From positions 250,830-314,829 of the forward strand of contig JAZJZE010000009.1 in the NCBI GenBank assembly GCA_040390065.1: 64,000 bases of DNA. Direction: 5' to 3'. Source of the DNA: a bacterium (lineage in GTDB: Archaea; Thermoplasmatota; E2; JACPAO01; JAHFTW01). Below, one piece after another: positions 47,337 through 57,118 of the stretch. Position 1 is the stretch's first letter; each line of letters starts with the position of its first letter. The notes below the pieces were generated by a model. The model worked only from the letters and a program-made list of their open reading frames with translations, did not search any database and was not told the DNA's origin. The position numbers and the translations under genes were made by a program.

Positions 47337-47528
47337 TCACTCGTACGGGGCGGCTTCCTTGATCAGGTCGACGTGCGAGATGATCATCCTTCGGCAACAG
47401 AAGCGCGTCAGTCCGGTGGCGTCGAGCGCCTCCTTGGACTTGACGCCCTTCTTGACGGACGCCTGGTACTGCTCGTAGGCGGAACCGACGACCTTGCCAC
47501 AGGTGAAGCAGCGGACGGGGATGATCAC
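47337..47528 (-). CDS. rpoN: RNA polymerase subunit N (Rpo10)
   Basis: IIPVRCFTCGKVV...RFCCRRM..HVD. Confidence 0.97.
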   Translation of the reverse strand: MIIPVRCFTCGKVVGSAYEQYQASVKKGVKSKEALDATGLTRFCCRRMIISHVDLIKEAAPYE

Positions 47529-47532
47529 AACA

Positions 47533-47937
47533 TCACCTGTACGACTTCTGGCGCTTCTTGCGGGCACCGCGGCCAAGGGGCTTCTTGGATTCCTTGACGC
47601 GCGTGTCGTTGACCAGGAGGGTCCTGTCGTAGGCCGTGAACTGCTCCTTGAGTTCGGCGTCCTCCGTGTACTCCAGGATGGCGCGGGCGATGGCCGTGCG
47701 GGCTGCATCGGCCTGGCCGTAGACGCCGCCGCCGGAGACGGTGACGGCGATGTCGAGCTTCTCGGCGCGCTTGCCAGCGATGTGCAGAGGCTCCGTCATC
47801 TTGAGGCGGGCCAGGGCCGGCTCGTAGATCTCGAGCGGGACCTTGTTGATGCGGACGCGGCCTTCGCCCTTGAGGGCGGTGGCGCGGGCGACCGCGGTCT
47901 TGCGCTTGCCGCTGGTGTTGACGACTTTCTTGGCCAT
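47533..47937 (-). CDS. rps9: 30S ribosomal protein S9
   Basis: [32 protein letters not shown]. Confidence 0.98.
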   Translation of the reverse strand: MAKKVVNTSGKRKTAVARATALKGEGRVRINKVPLEIYEPALARLKMTEPLHIAGKRAEKLDIAVTVSGGGVYGQADAARTAIARAILEYTEDAELKEQFTAYDRTLLVNDTRVKESKKPLGRGARKKRQKSYR

Positions 47938-47940
47938 GGC

Positions 47941-48420
47941 TTACAACTCCTTGGTCGGCCGGCCGAGCCAGCTGGACAGTTCGGCCACCGTGAGGTAGCT
48001 GTGCGCGTCGCGCTTGGCGCTGGGGATGGTCTCGGCCTTCTGGCCGGCGAGTTCCTTGGGGACGCCGAGGTGCGCCTTGATGCGCGCGTAGGCGGCCTTG
48101 CCGTGCGACGACTGGTAGTTGATCATGCCGCGGCACGTGCGCTTCACGAGCAGGTGCGGTTCGCGCGGGAAGAACGGGCCCTTGCGGTCCGTGCCCAGTC
48201 CGCGCTTGAACTGGTAGTGCTCCTGGATGGCCCGGCGCGACGAGCCGACGATGATGGCCTTCTCGGCGTTGACGATGTGGACTTCGTCGCCGAGGATGGC
48301 GCGCTTGGCGGCATGTGTGGCCATGCGGCCGAGGACCAGGCCGGTGGCGTCGATGATCGTGACCGGGCGCTTGAGGTCGGCCGGTTCGGGGAGGGGTGCG
48401 GTGTGTTTGGCTCCGGACAT
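47941..48420 (-). CDS. rpl13: 50S ribosomal protein L13
   Basis: IDATGLVLGRMA, VNAEKAII, GPFFPREP..KRTCRGM. Confidence 0.97.
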   Translation of the reverse strand: MSGAKHTAPLPEPADLKRPVTIIDATGLVLGRMATHAAKRAILGDEVHIVNAEKAIIVGSSRRAIQEHYQFKRGLGTDRKGPFFPREPHLLVKRTCRGMINYQSSHGKAAYARIKAHLGVPKELAGQKAETIPSAKRDAHSYLTVAELSSWLGRPTKEL

Positions 48421-48425
48421 GAGGT

Positions 48426-48794
48426 TCACCCGATGATCCTGCAGTTCTGACCCTTCGGGTAGGCCTTGAGGCCCTCCTCGAAAGTGAGCACTTTGCCGCC
48501 GGCCTTGGAGATCTTGGCCTTGGCGGATTGGCTTGCGGACACGGCGATGACGGTCACGGGCTTCGTGACCTCGCCGTCGCCCAGGAGCTTGCCCGGGATG
48601 ATGGCGTGTTCGCCGTCGCCGACGTGGGCGTCCAGCTTGCTGACATTGACCTGTGCCCAGTTGCGCGACGGCCCCTCCAATCGGGAGGCGATGTCTCGCC
48701 ACAGGGGAGCCTGGTTCGTGCGGCCCGCGTTCTTGAGGGCGCCGATCAGCTCCACAAGCACAGGATTCGACTTGCGTTCGGATCCAGTTGCCAT
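48426..48794 (-). CDS. rpl18e: 50S ribosomal protein L18e
   Basis: KSNPVL, WRDIA, VNVSKL, IPGKLLGDG, AKAKISKAGG. Confidence 0.97.
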   Translation of the reverse strand: MATGSERKSNPVLVELIGALKNAGRTNQAPLWRDIASRLEGPSRNWAQVNVSKLDAHVGDGEHAIIPGKLLGDGEVTKPVTVIAVSASQSAKAKISKAGGKVLTFEEGLKAYPKGQNCRIIG

Positions 48795-48914
48795 TGTGAC
48801 TACCTCGACATTGCGCCGTGCCCTTGGAAGGGCCGGCTTGGCTCGCGACACACAGGGGGTATTTGAGCGGGACGGTGGGGACGGCCTCCCACACGAGGAC
48901 TGGACCCACGCCGG

Positions 48915-51476
48915 CTACGCGGCCGCGGCGAGCCGCTCGCCGCCGTCCGGGCCGAGCGCGTCGTCCGTGGGCTTGGCCGGCGGGCCCTGCACTGGCACCT
49001 TGAACCAGAACGTGCTGCCCTTTCCTTGGCCAGCCGAGGCCACGTTCATCGTGCCGCCGTGCTCTGTGACGATGCCCTTGCAGATGTACAGGCCGAGCCC
49101 CGTGCCGGGGCGCTGCACCTTGGTCGGGTCGTGCACTTGGCTGAACGGTTGGAAGAGGCGGGCAATCTGGGGCGGCTCCAGTCCCAGGCCGTTGTCCTCG
49201 ACGCGCACCTCGACGTCGGCGGCGACCCGTTTGGCGACGACGCGGATCTTGCCCTGCTTGGGTGTGAACTTGAGGGCATTGGAGAGCAGGTTGTCCAGCA
49301 CTTGGCTGATACGCTGCGGGTCGGCCGTGGCGTGCAGGTCGCCGTCCACGGCCACTTGCAGCGTGACGCCGGCGGCGCGGGCGGGCTCGGCAAAGCCGTC
49401 GCCGGCTTCGCGGACGGTCTGCGCGAGGTCGATGGCCTGGGGGTGCAGCTTGAGATGTCCGGACTGCAGGCGGGCCACGTCGAGGATCTCGCTCACGAGC
49501 GATGCCAGCCGGTCGGTGTTGCGTTCGAGGATGCGGACGGACTTCTCCTGCTCGGGCGTCAAGGGGCCGAAGGCGCCGGTGCGCAGCAGGTGCATCTGCA
49601 GCTTGAGCGGGGTGATGGGCGTGTTGAGTTCGTGGCTTGCCGTGCTGAGGATGCGGGTCTTGAAGCGGTCCATCTCGCGCAGCTGCTCGATTTCCAGGAG
49701 GCGGCCGAACGCCACGCGGTCGGCCTCGGAGGCCGCCTTGACTGCCGTCACGTCCTGCACGGTCCCGATGACCAAGCTGGGCTTGCCGGCCTCGTCGACG
49801 TGCAGTTCGCCTTGGCCGCGCAGGTAGCGCAACTGGCCGTCCGGCAACTGCACGCGGTATTCCACCGGTGGGAGGTCGAGGCCCGTGGGCGCCGGCTTGG
49901 CGAGGGTCGCCGCGAGGTCGGCGCGGATCGCGACCTGGTCCTCCGGGAGGACGCGCTCCATGGCCTTCTCGAATGTGACCTCGAAACTCCTTGGCTCGTA
50001 CCCGTAGAGGCGGTACATCTCGTCGGACCACGTCACGCGCTGCGTCGTAAGGTCCCACTCCCACGAGCCGAGGTGGGCGATGCGTTGCGCCTCCTCGATG
50101 CGGCTGCGCGATTCCAGGGCCGCCTGCTCCGCCTCCTTGCGCGCGGTGATGTCGCGCGACAAAACGAGCACGGTGGCGACCGCGCCGTCGTCTCCGAACT
50201 CGGGAACCACGCGTGTCTCGAAGACGCGCGGGCCCGCGGGCGTGGGGGCCGACGCTTCGAAGACCTGAAGGGCGCCGCTTGCGAACACTTGGTCGATGCA
50301 GGCCATCAGGGAGGCGACCGTGGCGGCTGGGATGCCCGGCATGCCCTTGGGCTCGAGTCGGACGCCGATCATTGCCTCCCGGTTGACACCGCGCGCGGTT
50401 GCGGCGCTGCGATTGGCGTAGAGGCGCTTGTGGGTCCGGTCGAACCGGCTGATCAGGTCCGGCGAGTTCTCGGCAAGGGCGCGGTACTCGGCTGCGGCGG
50501 CTCGGGCGCGGTCCTCGGCTTCGTGGCGCGCCGTGACGTCCTCGAGGGTTCCCGCGTACCCAGTGACGGCCCCCTTCGTGTCGCGCAGCGGGAGGGCGTG
50601 CGTCGCGACGTGGCGCGCCTCACCGCTTGCGTGAACGTACCGGAATTCGGCGACCAATTCGCCGCCGCTTGCCATTGCGGCGCGCCACGCCGTCGTCAGG
50701 CGTTCGCGGTCGGCGTCATGCACGGCGCGGCGGATGGCGTCGAAGTCGTGGTAGTCGCAGCCGGCGATGTCGCACCACCGCTGGTTGGCGTAGACGACGA
50801 GGCCGCGCGCGTCGGTCTGGAAGATGCCAAGCGGCGACCCCTCCGTCACGGTTCGCAGGCGTTCCTCGGACGAGCGTGCCTCGCGGAACGCCTCCTCCAC
50901 CGCATCGCGGCTCTCGCGCTCGTTCGCCAGCACGGTCGCGGCCCGGTACGCGGCCCGGGCCCGCAGGTTGGACACGACGAAGCCGCCCGCCACGCCGACG
51001 GCGGCCCGCAGCCCGTACTCCCGGATGAGTGGATCGCCCAATTGGCCGGAGAAAAGCGCCATCCAGGCGACGGCGGCCACGACGTCGACGAGGGCGAGCC
51101 AGCCCGGCCGAAGGAGGAGCAAACCCGCACCAAGCAGAAGCCACAAGCCGTTGTTGAACGGGGCGCTGTCGCCAAGCCAGTACAGCCCAAAGTCGGCGCA
51201 AGCGTAGAACGCGGCGACGGCGGCGGCGAGGGGATAGAGGATGCCGGGCGGGGGCGTGCTGCGGCGCACCCAGGCGGCCATCGCGAGCATGCCGAGGCCA
51301 ATGCCGACTTGCGCCAAGGCGAGCCGCGGGCCGAGCGAGCCACCGAGGGACAGCGTGGTCCACGGTGAAAGAAGACCTGTCAGCAGACCAAGGACGGCAA
51401 GAGCCACGGGCAGGACGCGCACGAAGGCGGCATCGGCGGCGGTGCGCCGGTCCGATGGGGCGAGAAGGGGCGGCAT
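48915..51476 (-). CDS. membrane PAS-domain sensor histidine kinase
   Basis: N-terminal TM bundle, three PAS/PAC domains, H-box SHELNTPIT, NLLSNALKFT, DNGLG, GTGLGL. Confidence 0.93.
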   Translation of the reverse strand: MPPLLAPSDRRTAADAAFVRVLPVALAVLGLLTGLLSPWTTLSLGGSLGPRLALAQVGIGLGMLAMAAWVRRSTPPPGILYPLAAAVAAFYACADFGLYWLGDSAPFNNGLWLLLGAGLLLLRPGWLALVDVVAAVAWMALFSGQLGDPLIREYGLRAAVGVAGGFVVSNLRARAAYRAATVLANERESRDAVEEAFREARSSEERLRTVTEGSPLGIFQTDARGLVVYANQRWCDIAGCDYHDFDAIRRAVHDADRERLTTAWRAAMASGGELVAEFRYVHASGEARHVATHALPLRDTKGAVTGYAGTLEDVTARHEAEDRARAAAAEYRALAENSPDLISRFDRTHKRLYANRSAATARGVNREAMIGVRLEPKGMPGIPAATVASLMACIDQVFASGALQVFEASAPTPAGPRVFETRVVPEFGDDGAVATVLVLSRDITARKEAEQAALESRSRIEEAQRIAHLGSWEWDLTTQRVTWSDEMYRLYGYEPRSFEVTFEKAMERVLPEDQVAIRADLAATLAKPAPTGLDLPPVEYRVQLPDGQLRYLRGQGELHVDEAGKPSLVIGTVQDVTAVKAASEADRVAFGRLLEIEQLREMDRFKTRILSTASHELNTPITPLKLQMHLLRTGAFGPLTPEQEKSVRILERNTDRLASLVSEILDVARLQSGHLKLHPQAIDLAQTVREAGDGFAEPARAAGVTLQVAVDGDLHATADPQRISQVLDNLLSNALKFTPKQGKIRVVAKRVAADVEVRVEDNGLGLEPPQIARLFQPFSQVHDPTKVQRPGTGLGLYICKGIVTEHGGTMNVASAGQGKGSTFWFKVPVQGPPAKPTDDALGPDGGERLAAAA

Positions 51477-51481
51477 ACGCC

Positions 51482-52276
51482 TCACGAAGCCTGCTTGCGG
51501 CCGCCGTCGGGTGCCAGGCGGCGCCGCACCCAAGCGGGCGGCTTGTACGCCAAGTAGACGGCGGTGGCGGCGGCGAGAGCAATCACCATGTTGAGCAACT
51601 GCCACGACTGCTGTGTTGCCGGGTTCGAACTGAGGCCGGTGAGAGTGCCCGTCAGACTCGAGGCGAACCACACGACGAGCGACGCGGAGACGACGGCGAT
51701 GCGGTACTTCTGCTCCCGCCCGTCGACGCGGAAGAACAGCAGGAAGAACGCGACGGCGGAGAGCAGCGGCGGCACGGCGACCAGGAGCCCGAAGAGGATG
51801 CCCTGCAACGGGTCGCTCTTGATGCGCTGGCCGGCGGCGTCCAGGAACGTCTTGGAGCCGCCATCGGGGGGGACGCCATACGAGGCGATGTGGGCCGCCA
51901 CGAGGATGTACTCGAGCCACACAAGCATGACGAGGAAGTACGCCACGACGGCACCCAGCACCCAGTTGCGGCCCGTGTAGAGGTACAGCAGGTAGTACAC
52001 GAGGCCGGCAATCGCGGCGAAGATGACGACGAGCAACGCCTGGATGAGCACGAGCATGATGTCGTACTTGTCGAGGCCAAGCTGCGCGAGGATGGCGACG
52101 AACGGCGTAAACAGCGACAGGCCGGCAAGGCCGTACCACCAAGCCTGGAACATGCGCTTGGCCAATTGCGCGTCCGGAGAGGCGGGCCGACGGCCGACTT
52201 GGACCCCGACGGCGATGTAGACGATGGCGGATGCCACGGCCAAGACGATGCTGAGGGGCAGGAAGAGGTCGGCCAT
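51482..52276 (-). CDS. 7-TM membrane protein
   Basis: About seven hydrophobic helices; coupled to the upstream ATPase gene. Confidence 0.85.
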   Translation of the reverse strand: MADLFLPLSIVLAVASAIVYIAVGVQVGRRPASPDAQLAKRMFQAWWYGLAGLSLFTPFVAILAQLGLDKYDIMLVLIQALLVVIFAAIAGLVYYLLYLYTGRNWVLGAVVAYFLVMLVWLEYILVAAHIASYGVPPDGGSKTFLDAAGQRIKSDPLQGILFGLLVAVPPLLSAVAFFLLFFRVDGREQKYRIAVVSASLVVWFASSLTGTLTGLSSNPATQQSWQLLNMVIALAAATAVYLAYKPPAWVRRRLAPDGGRKQAS

Positions 52277-53046
52277 CAGATCAACTCCCGGGCGCGTTGG
52301 GCGACGCTGCGCCTCGCGGACCCACCGCTGATGTTCTCGATGCCGGCAAAGAGCGCCTCGACCACCATGCCCTTCTCCGTGAGGGCGAGGCGGCGGTAGT
52401 GACGGTCATGGTCCGAGCCCCGGCACTTGAGGACGTTGATGGCCTTCTGCAGTTCGCCCTCGAGCTCGACGTAGCGCAGGATGATGACGGAGTCGACCAA
52501 GAACTCCAGCCCGTATTCGCTCACCCGGACCGCCGGGCCGATGATGTCCGGAATCTCATGCGTGATGAGGGTGGTGACGTCGACGAGCCGCAAGTGGTTC
52601 ATGAGCCCGGCCATCTCCTCCCGAAGGCGGGGTCCGTCATGCCCCATGAACTCGAAGTGCGTCATGCTGTCGATGACGAGGCGCTTGGCGCCGATGTCGC
52701 GGATGGCTTCGTCGAGAAGGGTGATGCCGGGAGCGGATTCGGCCAGCAGGACGTCCGGCGTGGTGCAGAGGATGCGCACGAGACCCTTGTCCTCCCAGGC
52801 GCGAAGGTCCCAGCCGCGGCGCGCGGCGTCGCGGTAGATCTGCTGTGGAAGGTACTCGAACGTGACGAGGACGCCCGTCTCGCCGGCAGCCACGCCGGCA
52901 GCGATGAAGTGCAGGCCTGCCGTCGTCTTGCCAGTGCCCGGGGCGCCGGCGATCAGGGTGGCGTTTCCCTCGAACAATCCGCCGCCGAGCATCTGGTCGA
53001 GGCCCGGGATGCCCGTGAGCATGCGGCGCTGCGCCGGCTCGGTCAT
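52276..53046 (-). CDS. single-domain KaiC-like (RecA-superfamily) ATPase
   Basis: TGIPGLDQMLGGG, GAPGTGKT, RLVIDS, VDSVIILRY, VLKCRGSDH. Confidence 0.92.
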   Translation of the reverse strand: MTEPAQRRMLTGIPGLDQMLGGGLFEGNATLIAGAPGTGKTTAGLHFIAAGVAAGETGVLVTFEYLPQQIYRDAARRGWDLRAWEDKGLVRILCTTPDVLLAESAPGITLLDEAIRDIGAKRLVIDSMTHFEFMGHDGPRLREEMAGLMNHLRLVDVTTLITHEIPDIIGPAVRVSEYGLEFLVDSVIILRYVELEGELQKAINVLKCRGSDHDRHYRRLALTEKGMVVEALFAGIENISGGSARRSVAQRARELI

Positions 53047-53399
53047 GCCGGATCCCCCATGCGGCGCCGCAACTTTGCCATGACCAGTTCCTGGATCTCG
53101 CCGCGGCGCTCGCGGTTGAACAGGAGGACCGTCTTGTCGCCCATCGTGCGCGCCTGCAGCAGGCCCAGGCGGACGTGGTCGGCCACGGCGTCGCGCAAGG
53201 CTTCCACGTTCGTGCCGAGCCGCCGCGCAAGTCCCTCGGCGGTCTCGATGACCCCTGGATTGTTGTTGTAGAAGATGACGACCTGAGCCTTGAGCTCGGA
53301 ATCCACCCAGACTTCGAACAACGTGTGCAGGTCCGCGGCCGGATTCTCCGGCGACGCGGCCGGCGCGGCCGGGATACGCGGGGTCTTGGCGCGCGTCAC
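53043..53399 (-). CDS. small winged-helix-like protein
   Basis: FYNNNPGVIETAEGLARRLG..LRDAVADHVRLGLL; overlaps both neighbours by 4 nt. Confidence 0.75.
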   Translation of the reverse strand: MTRAKTPRIPAAPAASPENPAADLHTLFEVWVDSELKAQVVIFYNNNPGVIETAEGLARRLGTNVEALRDAVADHVRLGLLQARTMGDKTVLLFNRERRGEIQELVMAKLRRRMGDPA

Positions 53400-53824
53400 G
53401 GTGTCGCCTTGTGGAACCGCAGGAGGCGGCGGCCGGGCAAGGCGCCCGGGCGGTCGATGGCACCCTCGAACGGGCGCTTGAGGACGGCTTTGAGGAGGCC
53501 TTCGATGAAACCGAGGAGGATGCCTTGGCCGACGTGGCCGCCCCCCACGAGCGGAGAACCGTCGACCTCGACCACCACTTCGTCGGGGCCTGCCGCGACG
53601 AGACGGCTGCGATGGCCCAGAATCCCGTCGACGCGGTGCAGCAGGTCGCCGAGCTCCGGGGGCGCGGCGCCGGCCCCGAGACGCGCACCCTCCTGCTGCG
53701 AGGCGAAATGGAAGGTGGCGTAGCTCGGCCCGTCGCCGACAATCTCCGTGAAACGGTCAAGGAGCCCGCCGAAGAGCCCCATCGGCGCCACGGCCGGGGG
53801 CAGCCTATCCGTGGTAGGTGGCAT
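53396..53824 (-). CDS. V4R-like small-ligand-binding domain protein
   Basis: EGARLG, VVVEVDGSP, GILLGFIEGLL pattern; first gene of the KaiC operon. Confidence 0.6.
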   Translation of the reverse strand: MPPTTDRLPPAVAPMGLFGGLLDRFTEIVGDGPSYATFHFASQQEGARLGAGAAPPELGDLLHRVDGILGHRSRLVAAGPDEVVVEVDGSPLVGGGHVGQGILLGFIEGLLKAVLKRPFEGAIDRPGALPGRRLLRFHKATP

Positions 53825-53978
53825 CCGACCCCCATCTGCTTCGTGTGACTCTTAAGGGAGGGCCGCAATGGATAAGAGGGGGACCGCCGCCGTGGGGCGG
53901 GCGGGGCCGCCTCCTGGGCATCTGCAGGCGGACGGACGCGTGGCCATTGCCGCGGCACGCTCGCCGGGCCGTGCCGCC

Positions 53979-53984
53979 TATAAA
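53979..53984 (+). promoter_or_regulatory. TATA box
   Basis: TATAAA about 36 nt before ATG 54020 in GC-rich DNA. Confidence 0.6.
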
Positions 53985-54019
53985 TGATTTGCAAAGCCGT
54001 CTTGAACGCCCCAGCCCCC

Positions 54020-54458
54020 ATGCCGGAGCAGGAAGTGCCGTACGCCACCAACGCCAAGCGCAGCCAGTGGAGCCACCGTCCTCGTGGTGGACGACGAGGA
54101 GGACATCCTTGACTCGCTCAAGGCGCTTCTGGAAAGTTCGGTGACGGGGCTCAAATGCAAGACGGCGGGCTCCGCCGCCGACGCCCTCAAGATGCTCGAC
54201 CAGGGCGGTGTGGACCTGATTCTATGCGACTACCGCATGCCGGGAATGGACGGCCTCAAGTTCCTCGAACTGGCGCGCCAGAAGGCCCCGAACGTGCCCC
54301 GCATCCTCATGACGGCGTTTCCCCACCTGGAACTCGCCATCGAGGCCATCAACGAGGCGCGCGTCGAGATCTTCCTCACGAAGCCCATGGACCCCGACAA
54401 GCTCATCGGCGTCGTCCAGGACACCCTGCGGAGCCGGAAGGCGACGCGCACCGTCTAA
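54020..54458 (+). CDS. stand-alone response regulator receiver (apparent +1 frameshift near 54041)
   Basis: VLVVDDEE, LCDYRMPGMDG, MTAF, TKP. ATG 54020 is one base out of frame with the receiver ORF. Confidence 0.8.
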
Positions 54459-54522
54459 GACCAAGCCGAAAGGCGACGCGAACCGTGTAGGACCCAGCCG
54501 CAAGGCGACGCGCCCGGTGTAG
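54432..54522 (+). repeat. about 3 x 32-bp tandem repeat of the regulator 3' end
   Basis: AGCCGnAAGGCGACGCG..GT.TAR units at 54432, 54464 and 54496. Confidence 0.85.
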
Positions 54523-54707
54523 ATTCCGCCAGCCAGGCGACCCCCGCCTCCTGGAATCCGGTGGAAAGACGCGCAGAAGGGTGGCCGCAAGGGCGCTGAC
54601 GGGGTGGCACTGCAGCGTTTTTCGCCGCGCGGCCACGTTTTGCCCCACGTCATCTCTCTTCCACACCCTTAAAATGGGGCTCGGGCGTCAATCTCCTTGG
54701 ACCGCTC

Positions 54708-55151
54708 ATGAAGAGCCCAGCACCCACGCCGCCGGAGCCCTCCAGCACCATCTTGCTGGTGGACGACGACCCGACGTTCCTTCAGGACCTGCGGGACCTG
54801 CTGCTCACGTACATGCCGAACACGCATGTGCTTACGGCGCAGTCCGGCGTGGAGGCCCTTGCCATCCTGCGCTCGAAGTCCGTCGACCTCATCATCAGCG
54901 ACCAGAACATGCCGGAGATGGACGGCCTGCACTTCCTCGACGCGGCGCGCACGCACCACCCCGACGTCCCGCGCATCATGATGACGGGCTACCCCGTCTT
55001 CGAGACCGCCATGGGGGCACTCAACCAGGCGCGTGTCGGCGAATTCATCCCGAAGCCGCCAAACCCGGAGCGCACCATCCAGGCCGTGAAGCGCGCGCTC
55101 ATCGAGCGCAGCATCAACCGTGAATCCGGCGCGGCCGGCTCGGCGGCGTAG
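54708..55151 (+). CDS. stand-alone response regulator receiver
   Basis: ILLVDDD, ISDQNMPEMDG, MTGY, PKP. Confidence 0.93.
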   Translation: MKSPAPTPPEPSSTILLVDDDPTFLQDLRDLLLTYMPNTHVLTAQSGVEALAILRSKSVDLIISDQNMPEMDGLHFLDAARTHHPDVPRIMMTGYPVFETAMGALNQARVGEFIPKPPNPERTIQAVKRALIERSINRESGAAGSAA

Positions 55152-55163
55152 ACCACCACAGGC

Positions 55164-56939
55164 CTACGCTTCAGCAGGGGCAGGCGCGTGCCCGCCGTCG
55201 CCGGGCTGTGTGGCGGGCAAGTCCACGAGGAACGCCGAGCCTTGCCCCGGTACGCTGTGCGCCGAGAGGCGGCCGTGGTGCCGCTGGATGATCTTGTGGC
55301 ACGTGGCCAAACCGAGGCCATAGCCCTCGACGCGGTGTTCGAGGCGCGTGTAGGGCCGCACCATGCGGTCGAGCTCGGTGGGGTCGAAGCCGATGCCGTT
55401 GTCCTCGACGACGACGCGGAAGCCGACCCAGCCCTTGCCGTCGGAGTACGGCTCGGCATGCACCTTGACGATGGGCGGCACTCCGGGCCGGTGGTACTTG
55501 AGTCCGTTGCCCATGAGATTGAGCAGAAGTTGCAGGAGTTGCGTGCGGTTTCCGGGCAGCCTCGGCAGGGAACGGTACTCGATGCGGCCGCCCGTGGCAT
55601 GCAGGCGCTCCTCCAGGTCATTGACGACTTCCTCCATGACGTCGTTGAGGTTGACCTCCTGCATCGGCGCCGCCTGCGAGGCCACGCGGGAGTAGTCGAG
55701 GATGGAGCGGATGTGCTGGGCCATGCGCAGGGCCGTCGTCTCGAGCCGCTCCAGGCGCTGCATGGCATCCGGGTCGAGGCGGCTGCGTTCGCGCTCGCGC
55801 ACGACGGCGGCGTTGAGGGCGATTGTCGACAGGGGGGGTTGCAGGTCGTGGCTGACGACGGCGGCGAAGTCGCGTAGGTCCTGGTTGCTGCGCTCGAGGT
55901 CGATCTTGTCGCGGTCGATGCGGCCCATGAGGCGGTTGAACGACGCCGCGAGCTGCCCGATCTCGTCGTCGCGCATGGTGCGGACGCGGCCCCCGGTGGC
56001 GCCGGTGCCCAGCGCCTCCACGTCGCGCGTCAGCCGATGCAACGGCGTGAAGACGCTGCGGTCGAGCATGGTGGTGATGAGGACGAGGATGGCGCCGCCG
56101 ACAAGGATGGTCGAGGCAAGACCGAACGCCAGGTTCTGCACGCTCTGCTGGTAGATCGGCCGGTCCATGCGCACCTCCAGTGCGAGCGCCGGTTGGCCGA
56201 GAAGGTCATGCAGCGGGGCGGTGGCCACCAAGGCGGAGGACGACTCCAACTCGATGACAGGCTGGTCCGGCGTCTGCGCGACTTCTGCGTAGCCTGGCCG
56301 CGCCGCGACGTCCGGCCATGGTCGCACGGACACTTCGAGCAGGGTGCGCCGGGCCAAGTCGTTCACCTCGGCCCCGTCGAGGAAACGGCCCCACACGAGG
56401 ACGCCCGCCGGCGCTGCGTCGAGGTGCGTGGGCAGGATTGGCCATGCCGAGACCATGATGGGCCCACCGGACGCGATGAGGATGCCGCTCGTGGACTGGT
56501 TGAGCTGCCCGGCCCGCAGAAGCGGATTCGCAAGCGGGCCGGCAAGCAGGTCGGCGGGCGCCGCGTGCAACGAATCCTGGCCTGGCGTGTGCGCCAAGGC
56601 GGAGACGGGGTGGCCTGCCGCGTCGAAGAAGATCATCACGTCGACGTGGTTGAGGTGGAACGTGCCCGGCACGAGGTTTGCGTCGACGAAGTCGGGCCCT
56701 GCGCCCTGCACGAACGCGTAGGCGTCGTCCCAGTGGGCCCAGTCGCCCGCGCCGTCGTTCATGCGGTCGAGGTCGTACTGCAACGCCTCGCTGACGCGCT
56801 GCACGTTCTCGTGCGCCCGCTTCTCCTCCAGGGCTTGGACGCTGTGGAACACGGCGGCCTGCGCGACCGCGAAAGCCAGACCCGTGGCGGCCACCAGGGT
56901 GACGAAGATGACCAGGAACGTACGACGCTCGAGGTTCAC
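55164..56939 (-). CDS. CHASE4-HAMP sensor histidine kinase
   Basis: DWAHWDDAYAFV (CHASE4), HAMP DEIGQLA, SHDLQPPL, NLMGNGLKY, DNGIG, GYGLGL. Confidence 0.92.
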   Translation of the reverse strand: MNLERRTFLVIFVTLVAATGLAFAVAQAAVFHSVQALEEKRAHENVQRVSEALQYDLDRMNDGAGDWAHWDDAYAFVQGAGPDFVDANLVPGTFHLNHVDVMIFFDAAGHPVSALAHTPGQDSLHAAPADLLAGPLANPLLRAGQLNQSTSGILIASGGPIMVSAWPILPTHLDAAPAGVLVWGRFLDGAEVNDLARRTLLEVSVRPWPDVAARPGYAEVAQTPDQPVIELESSSALVATAPLHDLLGQPALALEVRMDRPIYQQSVQNLAFGLASTILVGGAILVLITTMLDRSVFTPLHRLTRDVEALGTGATGGRVRTMRDDEIGQLAASFNRLMGRIDRDKIDLERSNQDLRDFAAVVSHDLQPPLSTIALNAAVVRERERSRLDPDAMQRLERLETTALRMAQHIRSILDYSRVASQAAPMQEVNLNDVMEEVVNDLEERLHATGGRIEYRSLPRLPGNRTQLLQLLLNLMGNGLKYHRPGVPPIVKVHAEPYSDGKGWVGFRVVVEDNGIGFDPTELDRMVRPYTRLEHRVEGYGLGLATCHKIIQRHHGRLSAHSVPGQGSAFLVDLPATQPGDGGHAPAPAEA

Positions 56940-57118
56940 GACGGCATCACGCCCACGACGACCTTGACCTCCCCGACATCCTCGTGCAGGAGCCTGAGTG
57001 CCGGAGATAGCCTTTCTGAAGTCCCCGGGGGACATCCCCAGGCTGCACTGTACATTCCCGTGCAATCGATGGGAAAGCAGCACGCCCTATGCGGCATCGG
57101 CCCGGGCCTGGCGCGGCA

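Noticed and set aside
47337-48794. Ribosomal cluster lacking upstream rpoD
   Set aside because: Breakage of this superoperon is common in archaea and is not informative here.
54432-54522. CRISPR array
   Set aside because: The repeats are contiguous with no unique spacers, and there are no cas genes in the window.
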